Positions 62,653-64,000 of a DNA stretch of 64,000 bases are shown piece by piece. Under the pieces are notes generated by a model. That model worked only from the letters and a program-made list of their open reading frames with translations, did not search any database and was not told the origin of the DNA. Origin of the DNA: Okamejei kenojei (Eukaryota); contig CM069145.1 of NCBI GenBank assembly GCA_035221665.1, positions 19,034,001 to 19,098,000 of the forward strand, written 5' to 3'. The position numbers and the translations under genes were made by a program. Each line of letters starts with the position of its first letter. The first letter of the stretch is position 1.

Positions 62653-62884
62653 TATGCTTTGTGAACTGTTGGACGTTACTGCACAAGTCTGGCCTCCTCC
62701 ATCTGTTGGTGCTTCAGAGGCCCAGAAGGAAAATTTCAGGCGTCATAAAAGTCCTTGATTTTCCTTTGCATATTTCACTTATTGAAATTGAATTGTATAG
62801 CCTATAAAAACATTGAGTTTCTCAAGGGTGAAGACCAGCTCCGTAAGCAGAGGAGAAGGTTTGTAAAGGGAAATTGGCTTGGTA

Positions 62885-63045
62885 AGCAGTCAAGGGAGAA
62901 ACAGAGAGCTTTGAGGTCTTCCTGGTGGGGGATGGGCATGTAGAGCAACTGAACGTCCATAGTAAAGATGATAGAGGCCTAGAAACCAAAAGTTATTAAA
63001 GAGTCGAAGGACGGTGAGGTGTTTTGGATATAGGTCGGAAGGGAC
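62885..63045 (-). mobile_element. Penelope RT fragment
   Basis: Matches 34225-34295 (FTMDVQLLYMPIPHQEDLKAL). Confidence 0.65.
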
Positions 63046-63214
63046 TGTTACAAGTTGTCAAGTTCTATGAGAAGAACATTTTATATGGCACTGCTGCAGT
63101 CCCCACACTATTTATGCAGCCACATTATATAGTTGCAAATGAAAGGACAATTAAACTTTAATCTTAAACTAAAGGCATTTTCAGTTTTTAAAACAGCACT
63201 CTATGATATCTGAA

Positions 63215-64000
63215 ATACGAAAGGAAGAGGCAGATACAGTGGGTTGTGGGAGAGCTGGGAAGGGGAGGGGAAAGAAGGAGAAAGTAGGGACTACCTAAAA
63301 TTGGAGAAGTCAATGTTCATACCGCTGGGGTGTAAACTACCCAAGTGACATATGAGGTGCTGCTCTTCCAATTTATGGTGGGCCTCACTCTGGCCATGGA
63401 GGAAGCCCAGGACAGAAAGGTCCTCCTACTCCTAATTCCTGCATCTACGCCACATCTGCACCCAGGATGAGGTGTTCCTAACCAGGGCATCGGAGATGTC
63501 CTCATTCTTTAGGGAACGGGGGTTCCCCTCTTCTACTATAGATGAGGCTCTCACCAGGTCCCTTCTATACCCCGTAATTCTGCTCTCACTCCCCATCCCC
63601 CCCACTCGCAACAAGGGCAGACTCCCCTTTGTCCTCACCTTCCACCCTACCAGCCGTCACATACAACAAATAATCCTCTGACATTTTCGCCACGTCCAAC
63701 GAGATCCCACTACTGGCCACATCTTCCCATCTCCTCCCCTTTCCACAGAGATTGCTCCCTCTGTGGAAAGCCAAAACTCCCTGGTCAATTCGTCCCTTCC
63801 CACCCAAACCACCCCCTCCCCTGGCACTTTCCCTTGCAACCGCAAGAAATGCTACACTTATCGCTTTATCTCCCCCCTGGACTCCATCCACGGACCCAAG
63901 CAGTCTTTCCAGGTGCGGCAGAGGTTCACCTGCACCTCCTCCAACCTCATCTATTGCATAGGTGTCAACTGCTCTACATCGGTGAGACCAACGCAGGCTT
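63215..64000 (+). mobile_element. Penelope-like element with 5' inverted segment (63215-63422 minus; 63423-64000 plus, runs off window)
   Basis: Plus part: RRICTQDEVF..., FPCNRKKCYT linker, FTCTSSNLIYC..LYIGET; minus part: GIY-YIG C-terminus and 3'UTR similar to 32940-33130. Confidence 0.88.

Overview
Vertebrate (non-prokaryotic) genomic DNA, almost certainly from a cartilaginous fish (skate/ray/shark): it carries many HE1-type V-SINEs and their partner CR1/HER1-type LINEs. No intact host protein-coding gene is recognisable; the recognisable ORFs in the track are transposon-derived and the rest look like chance ORFs. The window is a repeat-rich intergenic/intronic region. It contains CR1, Rex1/Babar, L2 and RTE LINE fragments, several Penelope-like (Neptune-type, GIY-YIG) retroelement pieces, four PIF/Harbinger MITEs plus a fossil Harbinger transposase, a non-autonomous Helitron and a Tigger-like MITE. 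A CpG-rich TATA promoter on the minus strand (~19.55 kb) has spliced, apparently non-coding 5' exons. The most striking signal is about 20 short loci derived from Penelope terminal repeats, most retaining a minimal hammerhead-ribozyme motif (CTGAAGA-A-GGGT[CTCG/TTCG]ACCC-GAAACGTC) at variable decay. Several are free-standing ~100-200 bp insertions with 11-15 bp target-site duplications. Many are fold-back palindromes whose inversion point sits at or next to the ribozyme.
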